Source of the DNA: a virus
DNA length: 64,000 bases
Strand: one strand, 5' to 3'
IMG/VR virus record: IMGVR_UViG_3300044712_001401
Span: 25,066 to 89,065 of that record
The position numbers and the translations under genes were made by a program. Below are positions 18,795-29,239 of the stretch, one piece after another. Numbering within the stretch: position 1 is the stretch's first letter; the number at the start of each line of letters is the position of its first letter. Below the pieces are notes generated by a model. It was not told the DNA's origin and did not search any database. It saw only the letters and a program-made list of their open reading frames with translations.

Positions 18795-18853
18795 GGCGTT
18801 TTCTCGCGGCGTCCTGGGGCGTCTCGGGTTTCTTTTTTATCGGGGAGCCAGTT

Positions 18854-20455
18854 ATGAAGATTACCGCCGGCCTGAAAACTTGGGCCGTCTCGAAGGGGCT
18901 CGCGGAAAACGCGAGCGAGTTGCAAATCAAGCGGTGCGTGGCGGACGCGTTAGCGGACGGCTCGCTCACGCATGATGATTATTTGGCGTTGACGTCGGAC
19001 GCACCGAACGCCGGCGCGAAGGCGTTGCTGGAGCGAATCGCGTCCTCGTTGGAGAGCGGCGTCAAGCCGGCGGCTGCGGAGGCCGGCGCGATCAAGGGCA
19101 GCGTCGGAGGAGCCACGCCGGAACCGAAGCGGGCGAAGCCGAGCGCGTTTGAGCGGGCGTTCTCGACGGCCGATGGCGACGACGAGCCGGAGCGGGTCGT
19201 CATCGAAGTCGTGGGCGTGCACGAGCGCTACGACAACACCCGCAAGTCGGCTCGCTTTCCCGAGCGGACGATGAAGGGGGCGAAGCACTCGCGCGCCGGG
19301 CAACTGGTGACCGAAGGCGGCGACCGTGGCGTGCGCACGATCGAGGAGCCGTCGGAGTTGGATCTTGCGCTCTGCGGGGCGTACGTCAAATTCTCGATTG
19401 CGTCGCAACTGGGCGGCGTGAATCGGGTTCCTCGCCCGCTCCGTATGACGGAGCACGATTCGCAGCTCATGCAGTACGCGTTGGCGAAGGCCAAGTGGGG
19501 CGGCGTGCTCCACGGGGAGGGGACGGACGTCGAGGGAGCCATCGGCGTGAAGGGGGCTTTGCTCACGCCGAGCCAGCAAAAGGCGCTGATCGACGACGCC
19601 ACGAGCGGCGGTCTCGAAATCGCGCCGATCGCGTTCGACGACGCGGTCATCATGACTCCGCTTTTGTTCTCCGAGTTCTACCAGCGGGTGAACACGGTCC
19701 CCATCACTCGCGGCCGGCGCATCGAGGGCGCGTCGATGGGCAACGTCACGATCTCGGGGACGGGCGGCGACGATACGAACATCCCGCTGTTCAACACCGC
19801 GAGTTTCATCGCGGCGTTCGACACGACGATCTTTCCGGTCAACGGAGCGGTCGAGATTGGGCTGGATTTCATTTCCGATTCGCCAATCGACGTGGCGAAT
19901 ACGGTGGTGCGTCAATACGGAAACGTGTTGCTCGCGTGGCTCGACGAGCAGGTATGCATCGGCGACGGAACGACGGAGCCGGAAGGCGTGCTGAACGCGT
20001 CGGGGACGACGTCGGTGAACGCGGAGAACGGCGCGGGCGGTCCTCCGACTGTCGGCGATTACGAGAACCTGTTGTTCGGCGTGGCAAAGGCGTTCAAGGC
20101 GGGGACGAGCCCCGACCGGATCACGTTCGGCGCGAACGAAACGACGTACCAGCGGGCACGCGGGATCGCGGTTTCGACGACGGATCAACGCCGGGTGTTC
20201 GGGATGACGCACGAGGATTACGTGCTGTTGAACCGCACGTTCGGCATCGGCGAGTTCTTTACGAATCGCCAATCCGTCTTTGTGAACTGGGCTCGCTATC
20301 GGATGTATCGTCGGCTCGGCCTGACGATCAAGGTGACGACCGAAGGCTCGACGCTCACGCGTAAGAACCTGATGTTGCTCACCGCGCGTGCTCGCTACGG
20401 CGGACAACTGGAAGACGGTGGCGCGGCGGCCGTTTGCGCTGACGGGCAATCGTAG
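18854..20455 (+). CDS. Major capsid protein (HK97 fold)
   Basis: Follows the protease; SGGLEIAP, GDGTTEPEGVLN and ARARYGG; followed by a terminator. Confidence 0.85.
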   Translation: MKITAGLKTWAVSKGLAENASELQIKRCVADALADGSLTHDDYLALTSDAPNAGAKALLERIASSLESGVKPAAAEAGAIKGSVGGATPEPKRAKPSAFERAFSTADGDDEPERVVIEVVGVHERYDNTRKSARFPERTMKGAKHSRAGQLVTEGGDRGVRTIEEPSELDLALCGAYVKFSIASQLGGVNRVPRPLRMTEHDSQLMQYALAKAKWGGVLHGEGTDVEGAIGVKGALLTPSQQKALIDDATSGGLEIAPIAFDDAVIMTPLLFSEFYQRVNTVPITRGRRIEGASMGNVTISGTGGDDTNIPLFNTASFIAAFDTTIFPVNGAVEIGLDFISDSPIDVANTVVRQYGNVLLAWLDEQVCIGDGTTEPEGVLNASGTTSVNAENGAGGPPTVGDYENLLFGVAKAFKAGTSPDRITFGANETTYQRARGIAVSTTDQRRVFGMTHEDYVLLNRTFGIGEFFTNRQSVFVNWARYRMYRRLGLTIKVTTEGSTLTRKNLMLLTARARYGGQLEDGGAAAVCADGQS

Positions 20456-20596
20456 TCGAAGCGGTCGCGGGCGTTGCTCGCGGCGACAAACTAGGCGAGG
20501 CGCGACCGTAGGTGTTGCGTCTCGCGTTCGAGTCTGGCACGATGCCGGGGCGAAAGCGCCGGGTTGCAGTTTTTCCGTCGGCTGCCTCACGGCGTT

Positions 20597-20628
20597 CCGC
20601 TCGGCATCATGCCGGGCGGTTTTCTTTT
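20597..20628 (+). terminator. Probable terminator after the capsid gene
   Basis: CCGCTCGGC/GCCGGGCGG stem followed by TTTTCTTTT. Confidence 0.55.
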
Positions 20629-20659
20629 CATGGCGACGGAGCAAGACGGAGAATCTTAC

Positions 20660-21262
20660 GTGGCAAACGAACCACAAAACACGTCGGCCGAGCAAGACCG
20701 GGCCGTGCGGGCTCGCAGTGGCGGGCCGGCGTTCGTCGTCGAGTTTGGCGACGACAACTGCCGGACGATTACGATTAACACGCTCAAGCTCCGAGTACGT
20801 GGGCGGTTCTCGTCATCGGTGCTCCACAAGCGGCCGATGGGCGGGCGAGATATGGGGCAAGCCATGAATCGGATGCCGGACATCCCTGGCATGCGATTGA
20901 GCTTTGACCCGCGAACCAAGACGTGTCGATTGTACGACCCGTTGGAGGCGGACAAGACGTTACTCGATCGCGTCAATTCAGCGGCGGAGGGCGTTCCGGC
21001 GATCATCAAGTCGGGCGGACGGTTTACGTTTGTGCCGGCGTCCGAGCATGACTTCTCAGACCCCGACCGGCTCAAGACGCTGCTCGTCGAGTTGCTAAAC
21101 AAGGTCGAGTCCGGTTCGTGCGTTGTGGTCGAAGGCGAGCTACCAACGCGGGACCAACTGACCAAAATTCCGGGACGTCGCCTGCACGATCCGTGGAATT
21201 CGTCGGCGACGAAGCCACGCTACTCGGACGAGGCGGAGGAAGCTCTCCACGCGGCGGAGTAG
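20660..21262 (+). CDS. Hypothetical protein
   Basis: GGAG RBS and GTG; part of ORF 20564..21262. Confidence 0.6.
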   Translation: MANEPQNTSAEQDRAVRARSGGPAFVVEFGDDNCRTITINTLKLRVRGRFSSSVLHKRPMGGRDMGQAMNRMPDIPGMRLSFDPRTKTCRLYDPLEADKTLLDRVNSAAEGVPAIIKSGGRFTFVPASEHDFSDPDRLKTLLVELLNKVESGSCVVVEGELPTRDQLTKIPGRRLHDPWNSSATKPRYSDEAEEALHAAE

Positions 21263-21298
21263 GAATCGCTCGCGACTCGCGAGAGAAAGACAGGACGC

Positions 21299-21454
21299 AT
21301 GAGCGCGAAGACGATGGAGCCGCAGAAGAACGCGGCGGGACCGTGCCGAGTTTGCGGCGGACGTAAGACGGTCGATGGTCCCGGTGGAAAAAAAGTCCCG
21401 TGCGTCGCGTGTCGCGGCACGGGACGTAATGGTGTCTCGACTCAAAACAAGTAG
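21299..21454 (+). CDS. 51-aa DnaJ-type Zn-finger microprotein (not in the ORF track)
   Basis: Translated by hand: MSAKTMEPQKNAAGPCRVCGGRKTVDGPGGKKVPCVACRGTGRNGVSTQNK; AGGA RBS. Confidence 0.65.
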   Translation: MSAKTMEPQKNAAGPCRVCGGRKTVDGPGGKKVPCVACRGTGRNGVSTQNK

Positions 21455-21463
21455 CTTTAGGAG

Positions 21464-22030
21464 ATGACGATGACTCCTGCACAACTGGCGACGCTCAAGG
21501 CGGATATTCTCGCCAATCCCAACGTCAACACGATTCCGCGCAATCCCGATGGGTTCGTCTCGATTGCGGCTTGGTACAACCAAACGGCGGCTCCCGATTT
21601 CGTCGTCTGGCGAACCGACGTTCCGGTGGAAGACATTCAGAACGCCATCGTCTATGCCAATATGACTCCGGCTCAGGCGATTCCGGCGGGGCCAACGAAC
21701 GACATCCTCGCGTGGCAGTCACGGGCGCTCGCGGCGCAGGGAAAGCAGTTCAACCTGCAAAATCTGCTGCTCGGGCGAACAACGGTGAACGCGTCGCGAA
21801 CCAATATTCGCGCGGCGTTCCAGGACTGTCTCACGGGATTGCCGACGAAGGCGGACGGGACGACGCAGGCGGCCGGCTGGGCGGCGGTGCAAACGGCAAT
21901 GCAACGTTTGGCAACGAACGGCGAAAAGCTCTACGCGACCGGAGACGGAGCCGGCGGGGCTCCCGATACGATGACCTTCGAGGGGGCGGTGCAAGGTCAA
22001 GACGTCGAAGCGGCGTTGGCGTTGCCCTAG
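21464..22030 (+). CDS. Hypothetical virion-associated protein
   Basis: AGGAG upstream; A/T/G-rich; lies in the structural module. Confidence 0.65.
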   Translation: MTMTPAQLATLKADILANPNVNTIPRNPDGFVSIAAWYNQTAAPDFVVWRTDVPVEDIQNAIVYANMTPAQAIPAGPTNDILAWQSRALAAQGKQFNLQNLLLGRTTVNASRTNIRAAFQDCLTGLPTKADGTTQAAGWAAVQTAMQRLATNGEKLYATGDGAGGAPDTMTFEGAVQGQDVEAALALP

Positions 22031-22090
22031 TCGTCGGAGCCACGAGCGGACGGGCGTAGAGTTGGCGTCTCAAGCAACGAGGGAAAGATC

Positions 22091-22897
22091 GTGGGTAGCA
22101 TCTCCATCAATGGATTCGGAAACGCGGCGTTGCTCCGCTCTCCGTCGCTCGACGACGTGACGATTGAGCTGTTCGGAGTTTGTCGTCGATGTCGGCTCTA
22201 TCACAAAATCAGAGCGAACCCGATGTCGTTCGGGTCGCTCGCGTTCGATTGGCAGCACAAGCACCGATTGTGCGAATTGGAGACTCCCGGCTCCGTCGAG
22301 TTCATTTCGCCACGGCGAACGATGCCAAGGAATTTCGACGATCGGATTTACAATCGGCTCGGGTATGGTCCGCAATGGCTCGACTGGCGGCCGAATGCGG
22401 ACGTGAAGTTGGCGTACGCGGCAGACGCGGCGATGACGATGGACCTTTCAGCTCTCAACTCGTCGTCGACGTTTACGCTCGGCCGAGAGTCGACGGCGGT
22501 CGACAATACGGCCAATCTCTATCTCGACTTCCGGATCACCGGAACCTACATAGCGGGCACTACGCCGACGACTCCTGCCGAGACTCGTTTGTATTTGATT
22601 ATACCAACCGATGACACCCCTGCGTGGCCAGACGTGTTCGACGGGACGGATAGCAATGAAACCGTCACGAATTCAAACATACTTGATACGCTCCCGATGT
22701 TGTGGTCTGGAACCGTTGGTACGACATCCAATCAGACGTATCCAATTATCTCAGCGATGACGGTCGCGCAAGTGCTCGGTTTTTGCCCATCGCGGTGGGG
22801 ACTGTTCTTTACTCACTTTCACACCGCCGCTCTCAAGACCGATGCGGGAAATACTAACTCGATCTACCGTCAAGGTCTTTACGCCACGGTGATTTAG
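22091..22897 (+). CDS. Hypothetical virion-associated protein
   Basis: Thr-rich, beta-type C-terminal half; structural module. Confidence 0.6.
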   Translation: MGSISINGFGNAALLRSPSLDDVTIELFGVCRRCRLYHKIRANPMSFGSLAFDWQHKHRLCELETPGSVEFISPRRTMPRNFDDRIYNRLGYGPQWLDWRPNADVKLAYAADAAMTMDLSALNSSSTFTLGRESTAVDNTANLYLDFRITGTYIAGTTPTTPAETRLYLIIPTDDTPAWPDVFDGTDSNETVTNSNILDTLPMLWSGTVGTTSNQTYPIISAMTVAQVLGFCPSRWGLFFTHFHTAALKTDAGNTNSIYRQGLYATVI

Positions 22898-24861
22898 TGC
22901 TCACGCAAGGCGTACCCTACAATCTTGGCGGACCGATCGAGCCGCAGCACCCGTTGCATCGGGGGCTCGTCTCGCATTTCATTTGTTTGCCTGGATTGAT
23001 GGGCGGAGCGAGGCTGCAAAATAGAATAGCTCCGCACCGCTATGCTCGTTTCGTGACCAATACGACGCGACCTTCGTGGTGGTCGTCGTTTGGACGAACG
23101 GCCGGCGCTGGCTCGATCAAGTTTCAGCATAGCTCGACGAACGGCGGCTATCTCGACCAGGACTATACGGGAATCTCCGCGTATCCGTTATCGCTCGCGG
23201 CGTGGGTGTACTGCGGAGGCATCACCGATACGTTCTACCGTGCGATCCTGACGGTCGGCTCCGACGGGTCGAATCGTGGCTGGTGTAATATCGTCGTTCG
23301 CGGGACCACATCGACTTCGATGCGGTTTGGGATGACGACAGACAACAACGACGTAGGTGGTGGATCGGCGGCCGATACAAGCACGACAAATTACTCATCC
23401 GCATGGCATCACGTAGTGGGGGTCTGGGAGTCAGCAACATCGAGAAAACTGTACGTCGACGGGCTGCTGCTTGCGACCTATACGTCGTCAGTCACGCTTG
23501 CCGCTGGAATCGCGACCGGTTCAACGTGGCTCGGCGCGCAGAACCTTCGCGGGTCTGTCTCTGGCAATACATCGCTGACCGGCTACGCAGACGATTGGAG
23601 AGTTTGGAATCGCGGCTTGTCGTCGTCGGAGGTTTGGACGCTTTACAATCTCACTCGCGTAGGTAGCCCCATGCGCTACGTGCGAGGATGTCGGATTAGT
23701 TCGATTTTGCTCGACGGAGACACGGCGGTTTCGAGCCAATCATCTTCGCTTAGCTCGCTCTCGTCTTCGCGTTCGTCGTCTTCGCGTTCGTCGCTTAGCT
23801 CGCTCTCATCGTTGTCGAGCCTGTCGAGTTCGTCGCGTTCGTCCTCGTCGATTAGCTCGCTCTCATCGTTGTCGAGCCTGTCGAGTTCGTCGCGTTCGTC
23901 CTCGTCGATTAGCTCGCTCTCGTCGTTGTCGTCGTCGAGCGTGTCGAGCCTTAGTAGCTTGTCGAGCCTGTCGACGTCTTCGCGTTCGTCGTCGTCTCGC
24001 TCGTCGTCGTCGATATCGAGCGTGTCGAGTCTCTCGACGTTGTCGAGTCAATCGAGTTCGTCGCTGTCGAGCCTGTCAAGCCAATCGAGTTCGTCGCGGT
24101 CGTCGAGTTCGTCGCTCTCGTCGCTGTCGTCGCTGTCGAGTTCGTCTCGCTCGTCGTCGAGCGTGTCGAGCCCAAGCAGTTTATCAACGCAGTCATCGCA
24201 GTCGACGTCGAGCCTGTCGAGCTTGTCGAGTGCGTCGAGCGCGTCGGTGATATCGCTATCGACTCCGTCAAGTCAGTCCAGTTTTTCGAGTTCGTCGCGG
24301 TCGAGTTCGTCTCGGTCGAGTTCGTCTCGTTCGTCGTCGTCTCGTTCGTCGTCGTCTTCGCTTAGCTCGCTTTCGTCGTTCTCGTCCTCGTCGCGGTCCT
24401 CGTCGTCGCTGTCGAGCGCGTCGAGCGTGTCGAGCCTGTCTAGCCAATCGTCGTCGCTCTCGTCCGTCTCGTCGCTTAGCTCGCTCTCGTCGTCGAGCGT
24501 GTCGAGCATTTCAAGTGCATCGAGTTCGTCTCGCTCGTCGCTGTCGAGTTTATCAAGCCTGTCGAGTTCGTCGCGGTCGTCGTCGTCGCTTAGCTCATTG
24601 TCGAGCCAATCAAGCTCGTCGGTTTCTTCGTCGAGCGCGTCGAGCGTGTCGAGCCTGTCTACCCAATCGGTTAACTCGTCGTCGTTCTCATCGTCGCTCT
24701 CGTCCGTCTCGTCGTCGTCTGTCTCGTCGTCGAGCACGTCCGACGCGTTCGGTGGGCATCCGTGGCCTGGATACGCGACGGCTGCGGGGCGGACCGGAGA
24801 AAATGACGGGGGCGGATACGCGACGGTGTCGGGCGGCTATAGCGGCGTTGTTGTTCGCTAG
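22897..24861 (+). CDS. LamG/ConA-like lectin domain plus long poly-Ser region
   Basis: SLAAWV, WHHVVGVW, KLYVDG and DDWRVWNRGLSSSEV motifs; Ser tract about 23730-24740. Confidence 0.8.
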   Translation: MLTQGVPYNLGGPIEPQHPLHRGLVSHFICLPGLMGGARLQNRIAPHRYARFVTNTTRPSWWSSFGRTAGAGSIKFQHSSTNGGYLDQDYTGISAYPLSLAAWVYCGGITDTFYRAILTVGSDGSNRGWCNIVVRGTTSTSMRFGMTTDNNDVGGGSAADTSTTNYSSAWHHVVGVWESATSRKLYVDGLLLATYTSSVTLAAGIATGSTWLGAQNLRGSVSGNTSLTGYADDWRVWNRGLSSSEVWTLYNLTRVGSPMRYVRGCRISSILLDGDTAVSSQSSSLSSLSSSRSSSSRSSLSSLSSLSSLSSSSRSSSSISSLSSLSSLSSSSRSSSSISSLSSLSSSSVSSLSSLSSLSTSSRSSSSRSSSSISSVSSLSTLSSQSSSSLSSLSSQSSSSRSSSSSLSSLSSLSSSSRSSSSVSSPSSLSTQSSQSTSSLSSLSSASSASVISLSTPSSQSSFSSSSRSSSSRSSSSRSSSSRSSSSSLSSLSSFSSSSRSSSSLSSASSVSSLSSQSSSLSSVSSLSSLSSSSVSSISSASSSSRSSLSSLSSLSSSSRSSSSLSSLSSQSSSSVSSSSASSVSSLSTQSVNSSSFSSSLSSVSSSSVSSSSTSDAFGGHPWPGYATAAGRTGENDGGGYATVSGGYSGVVVR

Positions 24862-24871
24862 GAGGTGTGTT

Positions 24872-25219
24872 GTGAGTGTCAATCTTGTCGCGCAACGACG
24901 ACGGACCTTGATTCGGGAGTTCACGTTTTACGACACGGGCGACGAGCTACTAACGATCGACGCGGGGGATGTGATCGAGGTCCGCATCGGGCGCAACGGC
25001 TCTCCCGCGTTGATTGAAATCTCGTCGGCGGGGCCGACCGCAAACGGGAGCACGTGCCAGCAAAATAACCCGTGCGTGGTTGTCTTTCACGAGGACGACG
25101 TTTCCGAATTGCACGCGGGCAACTACGATCTTGAAATCGTGCTCGTCGACGCAAGCCGTGGCGGCGTGGAACTTGAGATTGAACGCGGCGTGTTTTCGGT
25201 CTTGGAGGCGGTGCAATGA
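24872..25219 (+). CDS. Hypothetical beta-sandwich (BppU-like) structural protein
   Basis: GGAGG RBS; GNYDLEIVL...GVFSV pattern. Confidence 0.5.
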   Translation: MSVNLVAQRRRTLIREFTFYDTGDELLTIDAGDVIEVRIGRNGSPALIEISSAGPTANGSTCQQNNPCVVVFHEDDVSELHAGNYDLEIVLVDASRGGVELEIERGVFSVLEAVQ

Positions 25220-26046
25220 GCGTATTGATTTCCGAGGCTGACGTGCGGGTGTCGCTAGGAATCGCCGCGATCATCACGGACGAGGAGCGGCAGGTGCTCT
25301 CGACGGTTGTTGTCGAAGCGACCAAGGCAATCGCCGATTTTCTCGGATACGATCCGGTGCAGCGTTCGGTCACCGAGTTCTACCCGCGAGGCAATTTGGC
25401 AAGCTCGCGGCGTGGCTCGGAAGAGTTCGACTCCAACGGAACGCGAGCCTACATCCGCAGCACTAGTGGGCGTCGTCAGACGCTCCAGCTTGCGCGGCTC
25501 CCGGTGCGATCCGTGGCGTCAGTTCGCGTCGATCTCACCGGGCGATTCGGGCAGGCGTCCGGGGCGTTTCCAGGTAGCACCGAGTTGGTTTCAGGCGTCG
25601 ATTACTGGGCGGAGTTCGAGGAAGCGAACCTATGCCAATCTGGCATGCTGATTTCAACGGGGCTTTGGCCGACGGAGCCGGGCAGCGTGCGGGTCACCTA
25701 CGTCGCGGGGTACTCGTCGCAGGAATTGGCGGGTCGGGCGTATACGACTGAAACCGTCGGCGGAGACGTCACGGAGTACACCAACGCCGGCGTAAACGCG
25801 TCGGCGATCGTACGAGCCGCGAAGCTCACGGCCTCCAAGTTTTTCCAAACCGAGATGTCGAACCGGAAGTCGTCGGCGACGGGGTGGCGAGCGGCCGGCT
25901 CGCTCACCGGCGAGAAGCTCGGAGACTACGCTTACACGAAAGACGCGATGGCGTCTCGCTCGCTCACCGGGATGGCGATTAGCCTTCCAGGGGAGGCGGC
26001 CGAGTTGCTGGAGCCCTACGTGCACTACGGCTTAGCTCGGACGTAG
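25216..26046 (+). CDS. Head-tail connector/adaptor-like protein
   Basis: VRVTYVAGY, EKLGDYAY and ELLEPY; position. Confidence 0.7.
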   Translation: MSVLISEADVRVSLGIAAIITDEERQVLSTVVVEATKAIADFLGYDPVQRSVTEFYPRGNLASSRRGSEEFDSNGTRAYIRSTSGRRQTLQLARLPVRSVASVRVDLTGRFGQASGAFPGSTELVSGVDYWAEFEEANLCQSGMLISTGLWPTEPGSVRVTYVAGYSSQELAGRAYTTETVGGDVTEYTNAGVNASAIVRAAKLTASKFFQTEMSNRKSSATGWRAAGSLTGEKLGDYAYTKDAMASRSLTGMAISLPGEAAELLEPYVHYGLART

Positions 26047-26058
26047 GAGGCTCTCGTC

Positions 26059-26256
26059 GTGGCCGGACAGTCAAACGGAGGCGTAACCGTATTCCTGCGA
26101 GTGGTGGTGCGGAATCGTGCGGCCGTTGCGGCGTTGATGTCGGTTGTCGACGAGCTACGCGAGATGGCGGAGGATCTGCCGTGGACGTCGGCCGGCGAAA
26201 TGGCCGATCGTCTTGAGGCGTCTTTAGAGGAGCTAGACGTTGTCTCTACTCGATAA
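26059..26256 (+). CDS. Small hypothetical protein
   Basis: AGGAGG RBS and GTG. Confidence 0.45.
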   Translation: MAGQSNGGVTVFLRVVVRNRAAVAALMSVVDELREMAEDLPWTSAGEMADRLEASLEELDVVSTR

Positions 26257-26614
26257 CCTGCCGCACCAAGTTACGATTTCGCGGATGTCGTACGCGAGCG
26301 ATTCGTATGGAAGAATTGAGTCGCTCCGACCGTTGGCGTCGGGCGTCAGCGCGTGGGTGCAAAACGCGACGCAAAGCGACATCGTCGAGTCGCAAAAACG
26401 CAAGCAAATCGTAACGCATCGGATCGCCTTTTCCGGTGTCCCATCCGTGCGGATGCGTCCCGGCGATTACGTCACGGTCACTAGCGGGCCGTCGTTCGTC
26501 GGCAGCCAATTCAAGTTTCTCAGCGCGACCGACCGTTCGGCAGGGCTTGGCGTGCTATGGATTGGGCTATTCGAGGAAAACACGCAAGACGACCCGCCGG
26601 AGGACGATTCGTGA
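26240..26614 (+). CDS. Head closure (stopper)-like protein
   Basis: Size, position and HQVTISR...RPGDYV pattern. Confidence 0.6.
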   Translation: MSLLDNLPHQVTISRMSYASDSYGRIESLRPLASGVSAWVQNATQSDIVESQKRKQIVTHRIAFSGVPSVRMRPGDYVTVTSGPSFVGSQFKFLSATDRSAGLGVLWIGLFEENTQDDPPEDDS

Positions 26615-26949
26615 AAATTCAAGTTGCAAACGTCGACGATTTTTTAGGCGAGCTACACTGCGAGAGCACGCGGGTGAAAAATGGCGTTGTTCGCTTTCAG
26701 GTCTATCGAACGCCGGAGCAAGACGAGCGGGTGTCGTTCGACGTCGCGGTCCTGGCAACGGCTATTTTGACGGACGACGACAAGCGGCCGGTCGCGATTC
26801 TGGAATACATCGAAGCGTGCGGTCGCGACTCGCGAAAAGAAGTCGACGCTGGGAGCCGCCGCGCGGCGGAGATTGAATTACGGATTCGCGAGGCGTGCGG
26901 AAGTTTGAACCTGTCGGTTCGTCCCGGCAAGTTTGAGCTGTTTTATTAG
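26611..26949 (+). CDS. Hypothetical protein
   Basis: GTGA overlap with the upstream gene. Confidence 0.55.
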   Translation: MKIQVANVDDFLGELHCESTRVKNGVVRFQVYRTPEQDERVSFDVAVLATAILTDDDKRPVAILEYIEACGRDSRKEVDAGSRRAAEIELRIREACGSLNLSVRPGKFELFY

Positions 26950-26964
26950 AGCGAGGGCGCAAAC

Positions 26965-27435
26965 GTGGTATCAGCGGAACGCATGCGAGCCGGCCGAGCC
27001 GCGAGAATCGAGCGATACAATACGCGTCTCCGTTGGTTTGGCGACCAACTGGAAGCCGGTGTCAGAATGAGCGTTGAGGCTCGGCTGCGACTTGCGGCGC
27101 AATTGTTGCGCGACAAGGTGGTTGTCAATCTCTCGGTTCCCGTGGTCAAAGAGCGGCGGCGCGGCGCGGGCGGTCGCTTCGCTCGCGTGCGCGTGACGCA
27201 GCGCTCGCGACCGGGAGAGTTTCCGCGAGCCGACACGACGCGACTGATGAAAGACATCTATTATGAGATGCAGGGTCGCGAAATGGCGATCGTGGGGACG
27301 ACGCTTGATTACGGGTTGATTCTTGAGACGCGGATGGACCGGGCGTTCTTGCGGCGTACGCTCCTGGAAATGCAAACCGACCTGACGAGGATTTTGACGG
27401 CTGGGCTCGGCGGCGCGGACCTGCGTATTACTTAG
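26965..27435 (+). CDS. HK97 gp10-like neck/tail completion protein
   Basis: SRPGEFPRADTTRL, VGTTLDYGLILE and RAFLR motifs. Confidence 0.7.
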   Translation: MVSAERMRAGRAARIERYNTRLRWFGDQLEAGVRMSVEARLRLAAQLLRDKVVVNLSVPVVKERRRGAGGRFARVRVTQRSRPGEFPRADTTRLMKDIYYEMQGREMAIVGTTLDYGLILETRMDRAFLRRTLLEMQTDLTRILTAGLGGADLRIT

Positions 27436-27452
27436 CTAGCGAGGAGAACGCG

Positions 27453-27962
27453 ATGACGACACCGGCTGGGCGCGGAGCGTGGACGTTGACGAAGGCGATT
27501 CGTGCGAAGTGGACCGCTTCGTCTCCGTCGCTCGACAACGCTTTTCGCGCGTATTGGACGATGCCGACAGAAACCCGAGTTCCTGTCTTATCGCTTGGGG
27601 AGGCGCGACCGTCGACGCCGGGGCCGTACGCAGTCTTCGCGACCGAGTTTGTGCGGCACGTCGCGGCGATGACCGGAGTCGAGCGAGACACCGAAAACCA
27701 GTTGCAAGAATACTGGGTCCGAATCCGGATTCACGCCAAGCAAACCGCGAGCGTTTCGGCTCTCGGAGTTGCGGCTGCTCTCGCGACGTTGGTGGCTTCG
27801 GAGTTTGACTCTCGCTCGCGTCGTCTCGACTTAACGCCGGATGCCTTGGTGTCTCAACGTCGGATGGGCGACGTCGTGGTCGAACAAGACGATGTCGCGG
27901 AGATCGAGCTATCATGGCTCGTCGTCGTCGATTGCGTCTATGAAGGGCCAGTGGTATCCTAG
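27453..27962 (+). CDS. Tail terminator-like protein
   Basis: Position; PGPYAVF. Confidence 0.5.
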   Translation: MTTPAGRGAWTLTKAIRAKWTASSPSLDNAFRAYWTMPTETRVPVLSLGEARPSTPGPYAVFATEFVRHVAAMTGVERDTENQLQEYWVRIRIHAKQTASVSALGVAAALATLVASEFDSRSRRLDLTPDALVSQRRMGDVVVEQDDVAEIELSWLVVVDCVYEGPVVS

Positions 27963-28011
27963 CGGCGAATTCTTGCGCGACGACGGTTGACAAATTAGCA
28001 ACTCGGGGGAC

Positions 28012-28683
28012 GTGGCGATGGGCGAGCGAACTGGCGAGGCGCAAATCAAGATCACGGTCGGCGGGAATATCTACAACACTTCCGGCCTGAACGTGTCGAC
28101 GTCGATCATTGGCGCGGCAATTACGAAGCTCACGCTCGAATCGGGCATTGAGGCCGACGAGTTTAACCGGGCGTGGCAAAGCATCGACCGCACGCTCGCA
28201 TCGGGCGCAAGTGAGACGCTCGATTTGTACGACTTCGCGACGCTCGACATCGGAGGCGGCGCGGGGAACGACGTGCTCGGGCAGGCGTTGACGATGGAAG
28301 AAATCGTCTGTCTGGTGATCGTGCAAGAAGAGGGTCCGGGGCGACTTGAAATCAACGAGACTCCGCCGGCCAACGTGATCGCGTGGCTTGGCTCGCATAC
28401 CGTGGCGAACGGCGGGGCACTCAAGGCGGGTGGCGTCCGGCTCTGGTTGGAGTCGGACGCTGACGCGTTGGACATCACCGATGCGTCCTCTCACAAGGTG
28501 ACGTTTAAGGCGAACGGCGGAGCGGTCACGTACTCAATTTACATTCTCGGACGTCACGACGATAACGAGTCGTCATCGTCAAGCCTGTCATCGTCCTCGT
28601 CGTCGTCCTCGTCTCGCTCGTCGTCTTCGCGGTCGAGTTCGTCAAGCGTATCGTCGCTGTCGTCCTCGTCCTCGTCTCCGTAG
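28012..28683 (+). CDS. Structural protein with C-terminal poly-Ser tail
   Basis: Beta-rich body and about 35-aa Ser tail. Confidence 0.65.
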   Translation: MAMGERTGEAQIKITVGGNIYNTSGLNVSTSIIGAAITKLTLESGIEADEFNRAWQSIDRTLASGASETLDLYDFATLDIGGGAGNDVLGQALTMEEIVCLVIVQEEGPGRLEINETPPANVIAWLGSHTVANGGALKAGGVRLWLESDADALDITDASSHKVTFKANGGAVTYSIYILGRHDDNESSSSSLSSSSSSSSSRSSSSRSSSSSVSSLSSSSSSP

Positions 28684-28757
28684 TCGTTTCGGTTGGGGTT
28701 TGTCGAGGCGGAACGGCAACCCGCAAATAGTTCCACAACTCGCGGGAGTATTGTTCT

Positions 28758-29192
28758 ATGACCACACCTGCCGACGGCTCGACTGCTCGCTCTGGCGAGC
28801 TTGGCAAGGCCGTAATCGAAGACACGTTGGTGGCTCGCATCACGAAGTGGAGCCTGGAGGATTCCGTTGGAGAGTCGGCTTGGGGCGACTCGGACAGCGA
28901 AGGCTACACGAACCGGAAGGCAGCGCGAAAGGATTGCACCGGCTCGCTGGAGGGCAAGTTCGACGAGGACTCTCCGGTCTATGACTTGTTCGCCACGGGC
29001 GACATCGTCGAGTTGGTATTGTGGGAGACGGCCACCGATTACTGGGCGTTTCCGCGAGCGCTGATGAAGAACTTCAAAATCACCTACGACCAAGACACCA
29101 AGGAGGTCGTCGGGTGGACCGCCGATTTTGGCGCGGACGGCAAGTTCTATCGGCCGGGAGCGGTCGGGGCTCCGGCGCACACCCTGCCGTAG
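28758..29192 (+). CDS. Tail tube protein
   Basis: ITKWSL...CTGSLEGKFD...VGWTADF pattern; lies before the chaperone and tape measure. Confidence 0.7.
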   Translation: MTTPADGSTARSGELGKAVIEDTLVARITKWSLEDSVGESAWGDSDSEGYTNRKAARKDCTGSLEGKFDEDSPVYDLFATGDIVELVLWETATDYWAFPRALMKNFKITYDQDTKEVVGWTADFGADGKFYRPGAVGAPAHTLP

Positions 29193-29239
29193 TCGCACTT
29201 GCGGCGATAATCGGTGGGCAACTAGGTACGGCAATTCCG

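Noticed and set aside
18950-20695. 581-aa minus-strand ORF over the capsid gene
   Set aside because: It is an in-register antisense shadow of a GC-rich, codon-biased gene: Arg/His-rich with no motifs or RBS, unlike the nested ORF in the intein.
27436-28494. 352-aa minus-strand ORF in the tail module
   Set aside because: It is an Arg-rich shadow spanning two well-supported plus-strand genes.
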